From: Hydrolagus affinis
Taxonomy: Eukaryota
Assembly: GCA_012026655.1 (NCBI GenBank)
Contig: JAAILG010001536.1
Coordinates: forward strand, 1 to 64,000
Direction: 5' to 3'
DNA: 64,000 nucleotides
How positions within the stretch are numbered: position 1 is the stretch's first letter; each line of letters opens with the position of its first letter. The translations under genes and the position numbers were made by a program. Below are positions 27,501-36,908 of this stretch, in pieces. The notes beneath the pieces were generated by a model. It saw nothing but the letters and a program-made list of their open reading frames with translations. It ran no database searches and had not been told where the DNA came from.

Positions 27501-30500
27501 TTATGGAAAGCCAAGGCATCGCCAGCCCAGGTAGTCTGATCCTAACAACAAGCCTCAGCAAACCCTTTGTTAGACTGGGCAAGTACCCAGCACTGCTACA
27601 AGAACTGGAACGACATGTGGAGGTACTGGCACTGATTTAAGTATGAATATGGCAATTTTTGCACAAAAGAAGATTTCTATCCTCAGTTTGACCTATTTTT
27701 ATCTCTTTTTCTGTAATTTGTGTATTAAATATTATTACATTATAGCATAAATATGTTAAGAATTAAACTTGCATTTATCACCAGTTTTATCTTAGTGTGC
27801 CTTGGCTATTTGGGTCCAGGAAAGTGGCAATATTTATTTTTGGTGCCTAATTGCTTGTTCATTCACAGTTGTGTCTGATTATTAACAAAAGGGTAAAACA
27901 TTGTTAAAGTCCATTTAAATACAGAGTTGAAGATCATTTCAAATACAGGAATTCTGACTTGGTATTGCTATCACCACATTGAAGCTTTTCGAAGACTTTC
28001 TATGTGCCCAGCAGACACATTATAGGACAACTGTCTTTGTTGTAGTGTACACTTGTGGAACCTTGCATACAGAACCACACACCTAGGGGTCATTCAGTTT
28101 AATTCACGGTTATTGAATATTTTGCATAATGGCATTTGTGCTCACTAGTTAACATTATTGGCCTTTGATAACCAGTGGCAAATACTGTTTTGTACATTGT
28201 CTCTACTTTTGTAATAGCTTCCTAAAATTTGGAAACTTGTACAATTGTGTACAAGTGCAGATCTTGAGTTGATTAGCTTAATGATGATATGTCGGTTCTA
28301 TCATTGTAACCTGTTTTTGCATTCCAGTGTGCCTCCCCCTGTTTTTGCAAGTTGGCTCTAGCAAGGGTTTTAATTGAGTAGGTGCTTGTTTGGTAAAATG
28401 TGACTATTTTTAGTTTCACCTTAAGCCCACTCAATGTCATTGTGTCTTTTAATATCCTGAATATGCCTCCAATTGGTGATTGGAACTATTGTACAAAGGG
28501 CACCTTTTACTAAGGGAGCTGAATGGAAATATAATTAACAGAAAGTGCTGAATGGTACCATGGATTAGTCACACAACCAAATACACTGGAGCAAAAGAAA
28601 AATGGAGAATGTTATATGTAAATGCCACTATTATATGTACTAAGAGATGTAATAAGAAACAAGCATGTTTCTTCTGCAATATGCTTAAATCATTGTGAAG
28701 TTGTGGAAGACAAAGCTTGGCAAGGGAGGAAATGCCTATTTTAACTGGCACGAAAATGGTTCTTTTGGTTTTAGATCTGCACCCAAAAACACATGCTGTC
28801 CCATTCGCATAGGCATTGTACAACCACAGCAAAATTGATGTAATGCAAGTACTGTATCTGATGCTTTGCAGAACATTAATGGTTTCAGAGTTGGGTTTCT
28901 ATAATAAGAGAGATGTGCAAATTGTGAAAAAGTCACTGATGCTGATTTGAGAGTGGTTGGACCCCAAATATATGCCTAGACAATTTAGTTTTATTTAAAA
29001 AAAAACTATCCAGACAAATTGAATCAACTTGTTTGGTCCTTTATTTTGCATCTGGGATAAAAACACCAGGAGTACATTTAATCCACATTAGTTAAACTGA
29101 TGCAAATTTATTTTATCATTTTAATAACACTACATTTGTCAAATGTTTGTTTTAATTTTAGGAATCACATCCTGATCGTCCAAATATTTTAAAAGCAATG
29201 GCATCGTTCAAAAGCCTAGTGGTGAGTGGAAATCATGAGAGGTCAAATACAGTACAATGTTTTTAAACTGTATTACAATAGATCTGATTATTTGATGTAT
29301 CAAAGTCTGAAGGTATTTGATTAGCTCTTCCCCCAAAAAACATGGAATAATGGGATGAAATCTGTGGTTATGATAGTTATCAACAGTTTGAATGTTAACA
29401 TCAATAATTTGCATTTTTATAACACCCATCATATGGAATCCTTCCGCCTCACCCCATCCCTAGCCTACTTCAAGTCCCGCTTCAAGACCCTCCTCTTTGA
29501 CCATAACATCATTCTCCCTCCCCCTGCCTTCCCCCCACCCTCCCCAATCCAGACCCCAGCTTGAGTCTGAAATACTGACTGTCCAGCACCTTGGGATGTC
29601 CTCCCGATATGCTATACAAATGTAATTTGTTGTTCAAATGGAGAAGTGTCTTGGAATGCTTAATGTGGTGGAACGTGACTCATATGAACAAACCTAACAC
29701 TAAAATAATTCTATTTCATGTTGTTTAAACCACTTTGCCAGTAGCTGAGTACTAAGAAAGTTTGCTTGCATTTGCTATAAATAACTAGTGTTGTCACACT
29801 ATTGAGAATTAATTAATAAAGGAAATGTTTAATGCAAATCACGACACGAAAGGCACGCTATAAATGTAATTTTGTTGTTTTGGTTATCGTTGTTGTTGTT
29901 GCTTTATTCAGTTGATTCTGGTTTTGTTTTGCAGTAGTAAGACCATACTGTACACAACTATTTTAAACACACATTGTGTAAATGTCTGTGTTTTCAGGAT
30001 CAGTGTGAAGACTTACGAAAGCGGAAGTTGCTGGAACTACAGATTCTGTCAGAGCACATTCAGGGTTGGGAAGGTGAAGATATCAAAAGTCTTGGCACCG
30101 TTATTTACATGTCACAGGTCATGGTGCAATGCGGGGCAAGTGAGGTACGAGGCTTTCGTTCATATGAAGTGTTAAAAATAAACTCTTGCACATTTACACT
30201 GGAAGTTGCAAGATGCTCATGTTTCCTGTTACCACCCAAGCTGTTTGTTACCGGTTTTGGTTGGTTGCGTCTTAAATGGATGCTTCCTGTTGCTAATTCA
30301 TGTGAACTGCAATTCTGAAGGCTTGTGGCATTTCCTTACCCTTACTTCCCCACCCCCCACCTCACCACCACTTCCTTTAATCCTGTTGACAAACTATGTA
30401 CCTTTTAAGGAAATTGAACTTGGAATGCAGTGTGCTGCTACTGTAGTACACATAAACATCATGTTTGCCATGGTTTTAGATCTAACTTTAGATTCTTATC

Positions 30501-33500
30501 TCAAATGGAACGGTGAATGGTTCTCAACTCTCAACTTACTCCTCCATGGTACAGTTATTTGCCACCCTTTGGTGACTCCTTTAATAGCGTAGCTCAAATT
30601 GGAAACTCTGTGGGCAGTTCAGCTATCAAGAATTTACATCCTTCTACATTGGGACAAAATGTGTACTGCTCCACGAAACTTGCATCAAACCTGCCTGTTA
30701 AATTGTTTGAGAAATTAACTGTAAATATAAAATGAACATAAATTAGAACTGCTCTCACATTGGTTCCAGTTCTGCTCAATTTACTTTATAAAACAAAAAA
30801 CTATCCAGGAGGCTTCAATAATTATAACAGCAACAATAAAATTACATTTATAGATGCCTTTCACGTCAGGAGACAGCACATAGGAATATTTTGAAGAAAC
30901 AGCAATTGTGAACTTTGTCCCCTGAATCCTAATTACAGTAAAAGCCCATTTATCCGGCACCCTCAGGACCTGGCCAATGCCGGTTAAAGTGCGTGCCGGA
31001 TATTCGGCCGAAAACACAAATTCTTATTTTTTTAAATACATTTTTCCAGATAAATTCCAGTTAATCGAATGTGGACCTTTTTTTGATGTGCCAGTTATAC
31101 AGAAGTTACGATTGATCAGGTCACGATAAACAGGCTTTTACTGTACATTGATACAGCTGCCACTTGTTGTGGTGCAGAAGAACACATTTTTAGGTATAGC
31201 TTCACCTATAAAGTGAGCTTGTTTTTTCTTTTATAAAAAATTTTTTATTGCTATTCTCAAGTGAGATTAAAAGCGACCAAAATGTGGAACAATAATCTGA
31301 TAAACTGATTAATTTTTTTCAAAAATTGATTCTTAGGAAAAGGATGAGCGGTACTTCATGCTGTTTCCAGCTGTTCTTCTAATGCTGTCGGCAAGCCCAT
31401 GCATGAGTGGCTTTCTCTATCAGGTGAGGAAAGAAACTAAATCCTGAGGGTAAAGTGAACATTTATAAGATAGATTTTTACAAGGTCGTGTATAGTTCAA
31501 TATAATGTTCATCTGAAAATTATTTACAGATACCCTAAATCGCAGCAAATCTACATTCTAACCATTTTTCTTATTTTAGGGAAAATTGCCGTTGACAGGA
31601 ATGACAGTAACAAAATTAGAAGATAATGAGAACTTCCATTATGCCTTTGAAATCACAGGTATGTAAATCTAGACTAGGATGAAATTTCTTCCTTTATATG
31701 AGATATTATCAATACCGATCAAGAGAACACTGAGGCTGTAAGAAGTAGGTCATGTCTCACTGATCTATTTGAATTATTGGAGGCAATATCTGTCTCTGTA
31801 TAAACTGCTTATTAGAATAATTCTGTCTTCTACACTTTAATAATAGCTGGATGATGATTAATCTGTAACCTGCATATACATCACTGGCCTTTTTCTGCAC
31901 TGAAATAATTCACTGACATTTGTGAAAAGAATGCAAGTATCCTGTATTGAAAAGAATTGCTGCAGTAATTGCTTTGAGATCTTTTTGACTATGTAAATGA
32001 AACATTTTGTTGTAAATTGAACATTTAAAAATCGAGCTAATTACTACATTATATGTATGCAGTCATCTTCAAATGGGAATGTATGCTCATCTCAAAATGT
32101 AGGTATTGAACCGTTTGTGATTATTTTCAATGCTGTTTCAATACAGGTAACATGATAGAACGCATCATGGTATCCTGTAACAGCAGCCAGGAATTGCAGG
32201 ATTGGGTTGAAAACCTACACATGCTGACCAAAGGCACAATACCTGGCAGTACCACTGCAAAACCGCTCTCTGGCACATCACAGTCAGTAAGGATCTTCTA
32301 TTTGGTTTCTATTTGGTGTACGGAAGATAGACATATCGAAGCCACTTCCTTAAATATCTTACTTCCTGAAATAGCTGGTTACAAGAATGATGTGCATGTG
32401 TTCCGTTATAGAATCAATCATTGTTTTGAAGTGAAGGTCATTTTAAACCCCAAGTGTTCTGAGTATCCAATTGACATTCTAATTTGGAGTTTACCAGATT
32501 TTAATACAACTTTCTTTTCAAAGCTGAATCCTGTTTAAAAAGTAAAACTGTGCTTCTGTGTTCCTCAGTTTATTTTTTCCCTCCACCTCCTGACTGCCCT
32601 TGGATTCAGTTTTTCTACACTTCAATGTTTCGCCTCATGGGTATTCCGATACATTGCATAAACTACAAGTAATTGGAACATATCTCTCATTACTACCTAG
32701 CAGCATGGAGAGAGCAAGCAGCCTCCAGCAACTCCATCACATCAGACACCTCCCTATTCACCACCCCTGACATACAACACAGCAGGGCAAAATCGAGGAC
32801 CGCTGGAACCTCCCAAAATCTCAAAACCATGGACGCTGAGCTGCCTAAGGCCCGCACCTCCGCTAAGACCTTCTGCTGCATTAGGATACAAGGACGTAAG
32901 TTTCTGATTTGTGTAGCATAGTTTCAAATTTAACCAGGTTAATCTTCCATCACGTTTTGACTGGTATATTAATTTGGGTAATAAGTAATTGAATAAATCG
33001 ATAATTACTAATGTTTGTACATTTATTAAAATGTTACTGTAAAGGCTATTTTGTATTGATTCTTTTGTTTAAATAAAATGCTGATTTTGATAGTCATGAA
33101 ACATGGCAACCTTAAAAATTACCTTAATGTGCATGATACTGTTACTTCAGGGACTTGCATGGTTAATAACATTTGAAACTAATATGGGGGACCTTGAAAG
33201 GGTGCATTGGACGGTCTATTAGCACTAATATAGATGATATTTTAATATGATTCTTATTCTAATGAATGAACTTTTGAACTTTTCATATAATCAATCATCA
33301 ATTTTTTCTTTCACTTTCATCTTGCCTTTCCCCATTTGTTACACTGTAGAGGATGTCTTGTATCTTAAAGGTAAGGGGTAGACCAATGACTTTGCTCCTA
33401 GCTTGTGGTGGTGTGCATGCTTGAGATGTATCGTGCAATTATTGTATAGCCACTTCCTATTGTGTGTCTTGTTGCATTTCAAGAATTCTTAACATTTTTT

Positions 33501-35333
33501 ACTTAAACCCAGTTGCACTTGCTTGCAGCATTTGGGCCAACATGATTCTTGTGATTGAAGAAGAAACTTGTGAGGTTCATCCCCATTGCAACTAACCATC
33601 TAAAATTTGCTGTTTCCAACCTGACATATCTATGGCATGCTTGCTCCTCATTTTGTGTTGAACATTTTTTTTAACTGAACCCTTAAGCAAAAATCTTAAT
33701 TAAAGTCTGTAATTAGTACTAATCGTCTATCCTTGGATATAGGAATCCAGTAAGAGCCCCAGAACAGTGAAGAAGTTTCTGCCTAAGAGAAAAACTGAGC
33801 GCAAAACATCCGATGACGAGTTTATTTTGCGGAAAAGTAAGCCTTTCCTTAAAGTATCCGTGGTAATAGTGGCACAGTTTCACTCTGTACCATTTATATA
33901 CAAGGTTTTATACCAGTTGGTACCCATTATGCACTCCTAAGTAATGTATATTTGTTTTCCACAGGTACAGCAGCCCTGGAAGAAGATGCACAGATACTAA
34001 AAGTTATAGAGGCCTACTGTACAAGTGCAAATTTACAACAAACTCATAGATCAGGTAAGTAACTATGCGATGTAAATGTGATGTTTATGCTTGTGTGGCT
34101 CTTAATTGCTTGGAAAAGTACTAATTTCTTGCAGCAGCTGGTATTTACTTGAGAGCGATAACTATCTCCATCATTTTTGATTGAAACCATTATACAATAT
34201 GTTGTTTCTGAAACACACTAATGTGGGATAAAATTAAGTCTGCAGACTCCCAAGTGATGTAGGCTAAGCTTTGGGCTTGAGACTATATAATTGTGTTTCC
34301 TGTTGTTCATTATGTATTATTACAAAGTCAGTGGGAAATTTAGGATTTATTTAAATTTGGATCACTTACGTACATTCCTGTGATTGTAAACCGTTTTAAA
34401 TACCTTATTGGATTCCGTGTAAGATATGTGCTATAACTGTGCAAGTGAAGATAATTAGATAGGGTACAGAATATTTTTGGGTGTACAGAAATACATTCCA
34501 TAACAAAAATAGAAATTGCTGGGAAAAAGAAAAGTGAGTCAACGTTTTGAGTCCACGACCCTTTGTCAGAACTGGGACTGGTACGTTTGGGCATAATATT
34601 GGGATCAGTTCACAATTGCCTGTAATTACTTGAGTGATTTCTCTGGGTAACCATATTATGTTTGAAAAGGCAGACTTAATCAGACAATGTTTTCTTTCGT
34701 TTTTAAAAAAAAGTGCAAAATGCTGTAATTAACGTTTTCTTGGTTCAAATTGGCAGAGTTAAGTCCCAGCTGTGAATTTGTGGACGTGTTGTTGAAGTGC
34801 TGCTTGTGCGAGAATATAAAACTACTTCTATTCTTTTACAGTTTGTAGAAAAGAGTCTGCTCCACAAGTTTTGCTTCCTGAAGAGGAAAAAATAATTGTT
34901 GAAGAAACCAAGAGTAATGGCCAAACTGTCATAGAAGAAAAGTAAGACATTTAATCTTCAGAACTGAAATGCAATAGAAATCAAGTAGCTTTAAATTATT
35001 TTGTTTTCTTATACTGTAATATGAATAACAAAATCTTGTTGTTTCCAAGGAGCCTTGTAGACACAGTTTATGCACTTAAAGATGAAGTCCAAGAATTGAA
35101 ACAGGTAAGAAGTACGAACAAAACCAAGTTTTTTTTAAAGGACCAGAACAAAAGATAATTATGCTTGAAATCTCTAGTCGTGATAAATTGTACATGTTTG
35201 ATCTCTTTAGGAGAACAAAAGAATGAAGCAAAGTTTGGAAGAGGAGCAGAAATCGAGGAAAGAGTTAGAGAAGATGATTAGAAAGGTTCTAAAACAATTG
35301 AATGAGTCTGTGTGGGATGATACAAATCATTAG
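500..35333 (+). CDS. ARHGEF6: Rho guanine nucleotide exchange factor 6 (alpha-PIX/Cool-2); coding exons 2-22, 5'-partial (exon 1 outside window)
   Basis: 21 exons with AG/GT boundaries and matching phases sum to 2205 nt (734 aa plus TAG). Domain order is CH, SH3, DH, PH, PxxP, GIT-binding, coiled coil. The RMSCILK microexon and tail-to-tail adjacency to CD40LG favour ARHGEF6 over ARHGEF7. Confidence 0.93.
600..1550. repeat. C/CA and G/GT low-complexity block with a degenerate minisatellite (about 1020-1370) and (TG)n
   Basis: Repeated unit GTGTTGTGTAGGGTATGTGTGGTGGGGCTGAGTGTGT with variable TG runs; (CA)n near 633-650; (TG)n at 1510-1547. Confidence 0.85.
2303..2609 (+). mobile_element. tRNA-derived SINE, long variant, degraded
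   Basis: tRNA-like head, GGCAGGGCAAAAC, tail GATATCAATGGCAAGGATTATTATT; similar to other copies. Confidence 0.75.
4310..4680 (+). mobile_element. CR1 LINE ORF2 fragment, degraded
   Basis: [19 protein letters not shown] resembles the CR1 RT motif W-x-x-x-W-Q-M-x-F-N-x-x-K-C-K-V-M; followed by a RDLGIFVD-like segment. Confidence 0.7.
5007..5308 (+). mobile_element. tRNA-derived SINE with Deu-like core, short variant
   Basis: GTAGCTCAGTGGTTAGAGC (A box), CTTACAA loop, GAGTTCAAT (B box), core TGTGCAATTGGCTGCTGCGTTTCG, tail GCTATATCAAATGCAAGGATTA. Confidence 0.88.
6754..7617 (-). mobile_element. Tigger/pogo-type DNA transposon, internally deleted, retaining the transposase N-terminal HTH
   Basis: TA|CAAGTAAACCTCTATTTAGGACG ... 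CATCCTTAATCGAGGCTTACCTG|TA, imperfect ~23-bp TIRs with TA target duplication. Minus strand encodes [50 protein letters not shown] (CENP-B/Tigger HTH). Confidence 0.85.
7623..7981 (-). mobile_element. tRNA-derived SINE, long variant, abutting the Tigger right end
   Basis: Reverse complement of the same head, core and tail as the 5007 copy. Confidence 0.85.
9393..9480 (+). CDS. ARHGEF6: ARHGEF6 exon 3 (CH domain end)
   Basis: cctag|...|gtaaga; [29 protein letters not shown] plus 1 nt. Confidence 0.92.
13170..13680 (-). mobile_element. L2-clade LINE 3' fragment (ORF2 C-terminus, 3'UTR, tail)
   Basis: Minus strand encodes [26 protein letters not shown]...FKTLLF; tail GTGAAAGGCGCTCTATAAATGTAATTTTGTTG. 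Confidence 0.85.
14015..14350 (-). mobile_element. L2 LINE 3' fragment, degraded
   Basis: GAGGGCTTTGAAAGTGAGGACCAGGATCTTGAA matches the 13170 copy. Confidence 0.7.
15856..15977 (+). CDS. ARHGEF6: ARHGEF6 exon 4 (CH-SH3 linker)
   Basis: aacag|...|gtaacg; [40 protein letters not shown]; LQRQSK motif, phases fit both neighbours. Confidence 0.88.
16277..16551 (+). mobile_element. SINE copy, 5'-truncated
   Basis: TTCCAGGCAGAGTGAAACCTTG ... GTGCTATATTAAATGCAAGGATTATTAT. Confidence 0.85.
17201..17396 (+). CDS. ARHGEF6: ARHGEF6 exon 5 (SH3 domain)
   Basis: ttag|...|gtaagt; [65 protein letters not shown]. Confidence 0.97.
19337..19632 (+). mobile_element. tRNA-derived SINE, short variant, full length
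   Basis: GAGTCCTGTAGCTCAGTGGTTAGAG...CTTACAA...GGTTCAATTCC head, Deu-like core and tail. Confidence 0.88.
20932..21002 (+). CDS. ARHGEF6: ARHGEF6 exon 6
   Basis: tacag|...|gtgagt; (D)[23 protein letters not shown]. Confidence 0.94.
22508..22602 (+). CDS. ARHGEF6: ARHGEF6 exon 7 (DH domain)
   Basis: taaag|...|gttagt; [31 protein letters not shown]. Confidence 0.94.
23181..23276 (+). CDS. ARHGEF6: ARHGEF6 exon 8 (DH domain)
   Basis: ttttag|...|gtaagt; [31 protein letters not shown]. Confidence 0.95.
24442..24564 (+). CDS. ARHGEF6: ARHGEF6 exon 9 (DH domain)
   Basis: cacag|...|gtaaga; [40 protein letters not shown]. Confidence 0.95.
26568..26865 (-). mobile_element. SINE copy, long variant
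   Basis: TAATAATCCTTGTATTTGATATAGTG ... GGAGTAAGGAAAT, reverse complement of the family. Confidence 0.8.
27484..27622 (+). CDS. ARHGEF6: ARHGEF6 exon 10 (DH domain)
   Basis: catag|...|gtactg; [46 protein letters not shown]. Confidence 0.95.
29162..29221 (+). CDS. ARHGEF6: ARHGEF6 exon 11 (DH domain)
   Basis: tttag|...|gtgagt; [20 protein letters not shown]. Confidence 0.94.
29440..29635 (+). mobile_element. L2 LINE 3' end
   Basis: CTAGCCTACTTCAAGTCCCGCTTCAAGACCCTCCTCTT ... GCTATACAAATGTAATTTGTTGTT. Confidence 0.8.
29998..30144 (+). CDS. ARHGEF6: ARHGEF6 exon 12 (DH/PH junction)
   Basis: ttcag|...|gtacga; [49 protein letters not shown]. Confidence 0.96.
30936..31143. mobile_element. Tigger-like MITE
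   Basis: TA|CAGTAAAAGCCCATTTATC ... GATAAACAGGCTTTTACTG|TA; 17/19 TIR match, TA target duplication, no ORF. Confidence 0.85.
31337..31423 (+). CDS. ARHGEF6: ARHGEF6 exon 13 (PH domain)
   Basis: cttag|...|gtgagg; [29 protein letters not shown]. Confidence 0.95.
31580..31658 (+). CDS. ARHGEF6: ARHGEF6 exon 14 (PH domain)
   Basis: tttag|...|gtatgt; [26 protein letters not shown]. Confidence 0.95.
32147..32286 (+). CDS. ARHGEF6: ARHGEF6 exon 15 (PH domain end)
   Basis: tacag|...|gtaagg; (G)[46 protein letters not shown]. Confidence 0.94.
32701..32895 (+). CDS. ARHGEF6: ARHGEF6 exon 16 (proline-rich region)
   Basis: cctag|cag (tandem acceptor)...|gtaagt; [65 protein letters not shown]. Confidence 0.9.
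33350..33370 (+). CDS. ARHGEF6: ARHGEF6 exon 17, 21-nt microexon
   Basis: long pyrimidine tract, tgtag|AGGATGTCTTGTATCTTAAAG|gtaagg = RMSCILK (human RMSYILK, recalled). Confidence 0.9.
33743..33836 (+). CDS. ARHGEF6: ARHGEF6 exon 18
   Basis: tatag|...|gtaagc; [31 protein letters not shown]. Confidence 0.95.
33965..34054 (+). CDS. ARHGEF6: ARHGEF6 exon 19 (GIT-binding domain)
   Basis: cacag|...|gtaagt; (S)[29 protein letters not shown]. Confidence 0.96.
34842..34941 (+). CDS. ARHGEF6: ARHGEF6 exon 20
   Basis: tacag|...|gtaaga; [32 protein letters not shown]. Confidence 0.96.
35050..35104 (+). CDS. ARHGEF6: ARHGEF6 exon 21 (coiled coil)
   Basis: ccaag|...|gtaaga; [18 protein letters not shown]. 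Confidence 0.96.
35211..35333 (+). CDS. ARHGEF6: ARHGEF6 last coding exon (coiled coil, stop)
   Basis: tttag|[43 protein letters not shown]. Confidence 0.96.
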   Translation, partial: ENKRMKQSLEEEQKSRKELEKMIRKVLKQLNESVWDDTNH

Positions 35334-36800
35334 CTCAACGGCTTCCTGCGTTCGCAAGATGGTGAAAACTGCTTCCAGACCTACATAACTAATCTGCTGC
35401 AAGTATTCCTGGGGAAATTTTCAACCACGCAGGGTCTTATGACCTGATCTGTTAATTTCTGTGGATAAGCAAGTTACCTATGAATGGCTTGATGGAAGGA
35501 CCAGTTTATGCATGAATTTGGGGCAGAATGTACCCACAGCAAAGACTGAGATGGTCCTTTGTTATGGATTAATCCTTTAAAACATTACCTCAATTTTGCT
35601 GTTGGTCCAGCCGTTTGGTAGAGTGGAGATCCATCCTCGCAGTCATTACTCCATCAGCAAAAGGTGCCTATCAATGACCTCTTGATTGTTAATTAAAAAC
35701 AAGCATTGTACTCTCTTGTCCTAAAGCATCATACCATTTGTCTTCGCCGTCGTCTTTTAGAAGAAGTGAGTTCTTGCTTTGGGAGTGCCAGGTAGCACAA
35801 ATAAGATTCAAGAACTACTTTCTCTCCGTTTTAAAACTGAAAATAACTTGGATGTAAACTATCCATAGTGACAGAGCCTTGAACAATATACTTGTGTTTC
35901 CAATGTAAATCAGGTCTAGAGGGTCCAGTCTCGATTAATGCTTTATTTATGTTCTGCTATGTTAAAATCCATCATGCTGTAGCATACAAATAACATTTCT
36001 CGCTGTACTATTGTCATTGTATACTGTTGGCTGAGTCAATAGTTGTCATGTCCTAATATTGCATCTAATGCATGTAAGCTACCATGGTGCTCTTGTAGTC
36101 TCTAAAAGTAGTGTGTGTACATATTAGGCTGTCCTTTTTATAAACTGGTTATTGCTTAAGTGCATTCCTGTATATTACAGGACTTTGTTTAATATACAGA
36201 GGATACAGAAAGCAGAATTTCCTGCTTATAGTAACATTATTGGGCAGGGAATCTGCATTGTGTGTTATCACCCAAACAATGTTCACTGATTCTGTCTTAT
36301 CATGGTACATCTTTTAGACAAATATTCTTGAAACATTTATTGAAACTAAACTGTTGGAATAATTTTTGGGAGAACCACTTTGTTTTCGATGAGTAAAGTG
36401 TCACCTGGCAACTAATATAGGATTCAACTGACTGAATTACCTGGTAATAACTGCAGAAGCAAAAATGTAATGAACAATTTACTAAAGCAATTTCCGAATG
36501 TTACTGTGGGTCAAGCTGGAAAAAAATGCACATATTTGTTTGAGATTTTGCTCTACTTTTTGGATTGTAAATAAGCACGGCTCAGATTAAATGACAGAAC
36601 TGATTTTCTTCAACCATCACTATTGCTGTCATTTATCCTTTCCTGCAGCTGATATTTGTGGCAAAAATGTGATCCTATAAATGCAGGACATTGATACCAA
36701 GAAGAACAAGTTGCTATTTTTTAAAAATAAGCAGCCAGTAATGTTTTAAAAAGTATTGTAAAGTTACTCTACCTTTATGTTGTACTTCAATCCCCTTGTA

Positions 36801-36908
36801 AATAAACAGCTCCTATATTTTGGCAGGGATCGTGCTTCAGCTTGTACCTTTAGAAAATTATTATATGGTTGACTGTATTTTTGTGCTGCTGGCTTCAATA
36901 CAAATAAA
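36801..36908 (+). terminator. Candidate polyadenylation signals of ARHGEF6 (AATAAA at 36801 and 36903)
   Basis: Two AATAAA hexamers about 1.5 kb after the stop, at the end of an AT-rich, repeat-free stretch typical of a 3'UTR, with upstream TGTA motifs. Confidence 0.55.

Noticed and set aside
34055-34841. Search for a homolog of the neuronal beta-PIX insert exon in intron 19
   Set aside because: No open segment with matching splice phases or sequence similarity was found.
500-35333. Calling the + strand gene ARHGEF7
   Set aside because: Despite the beta-PIX-like tail, the RMSCILK microexon, ALGYK, LQRQSK, CTSAN motifs and CD40LG adjacency fit ARHGEF6.
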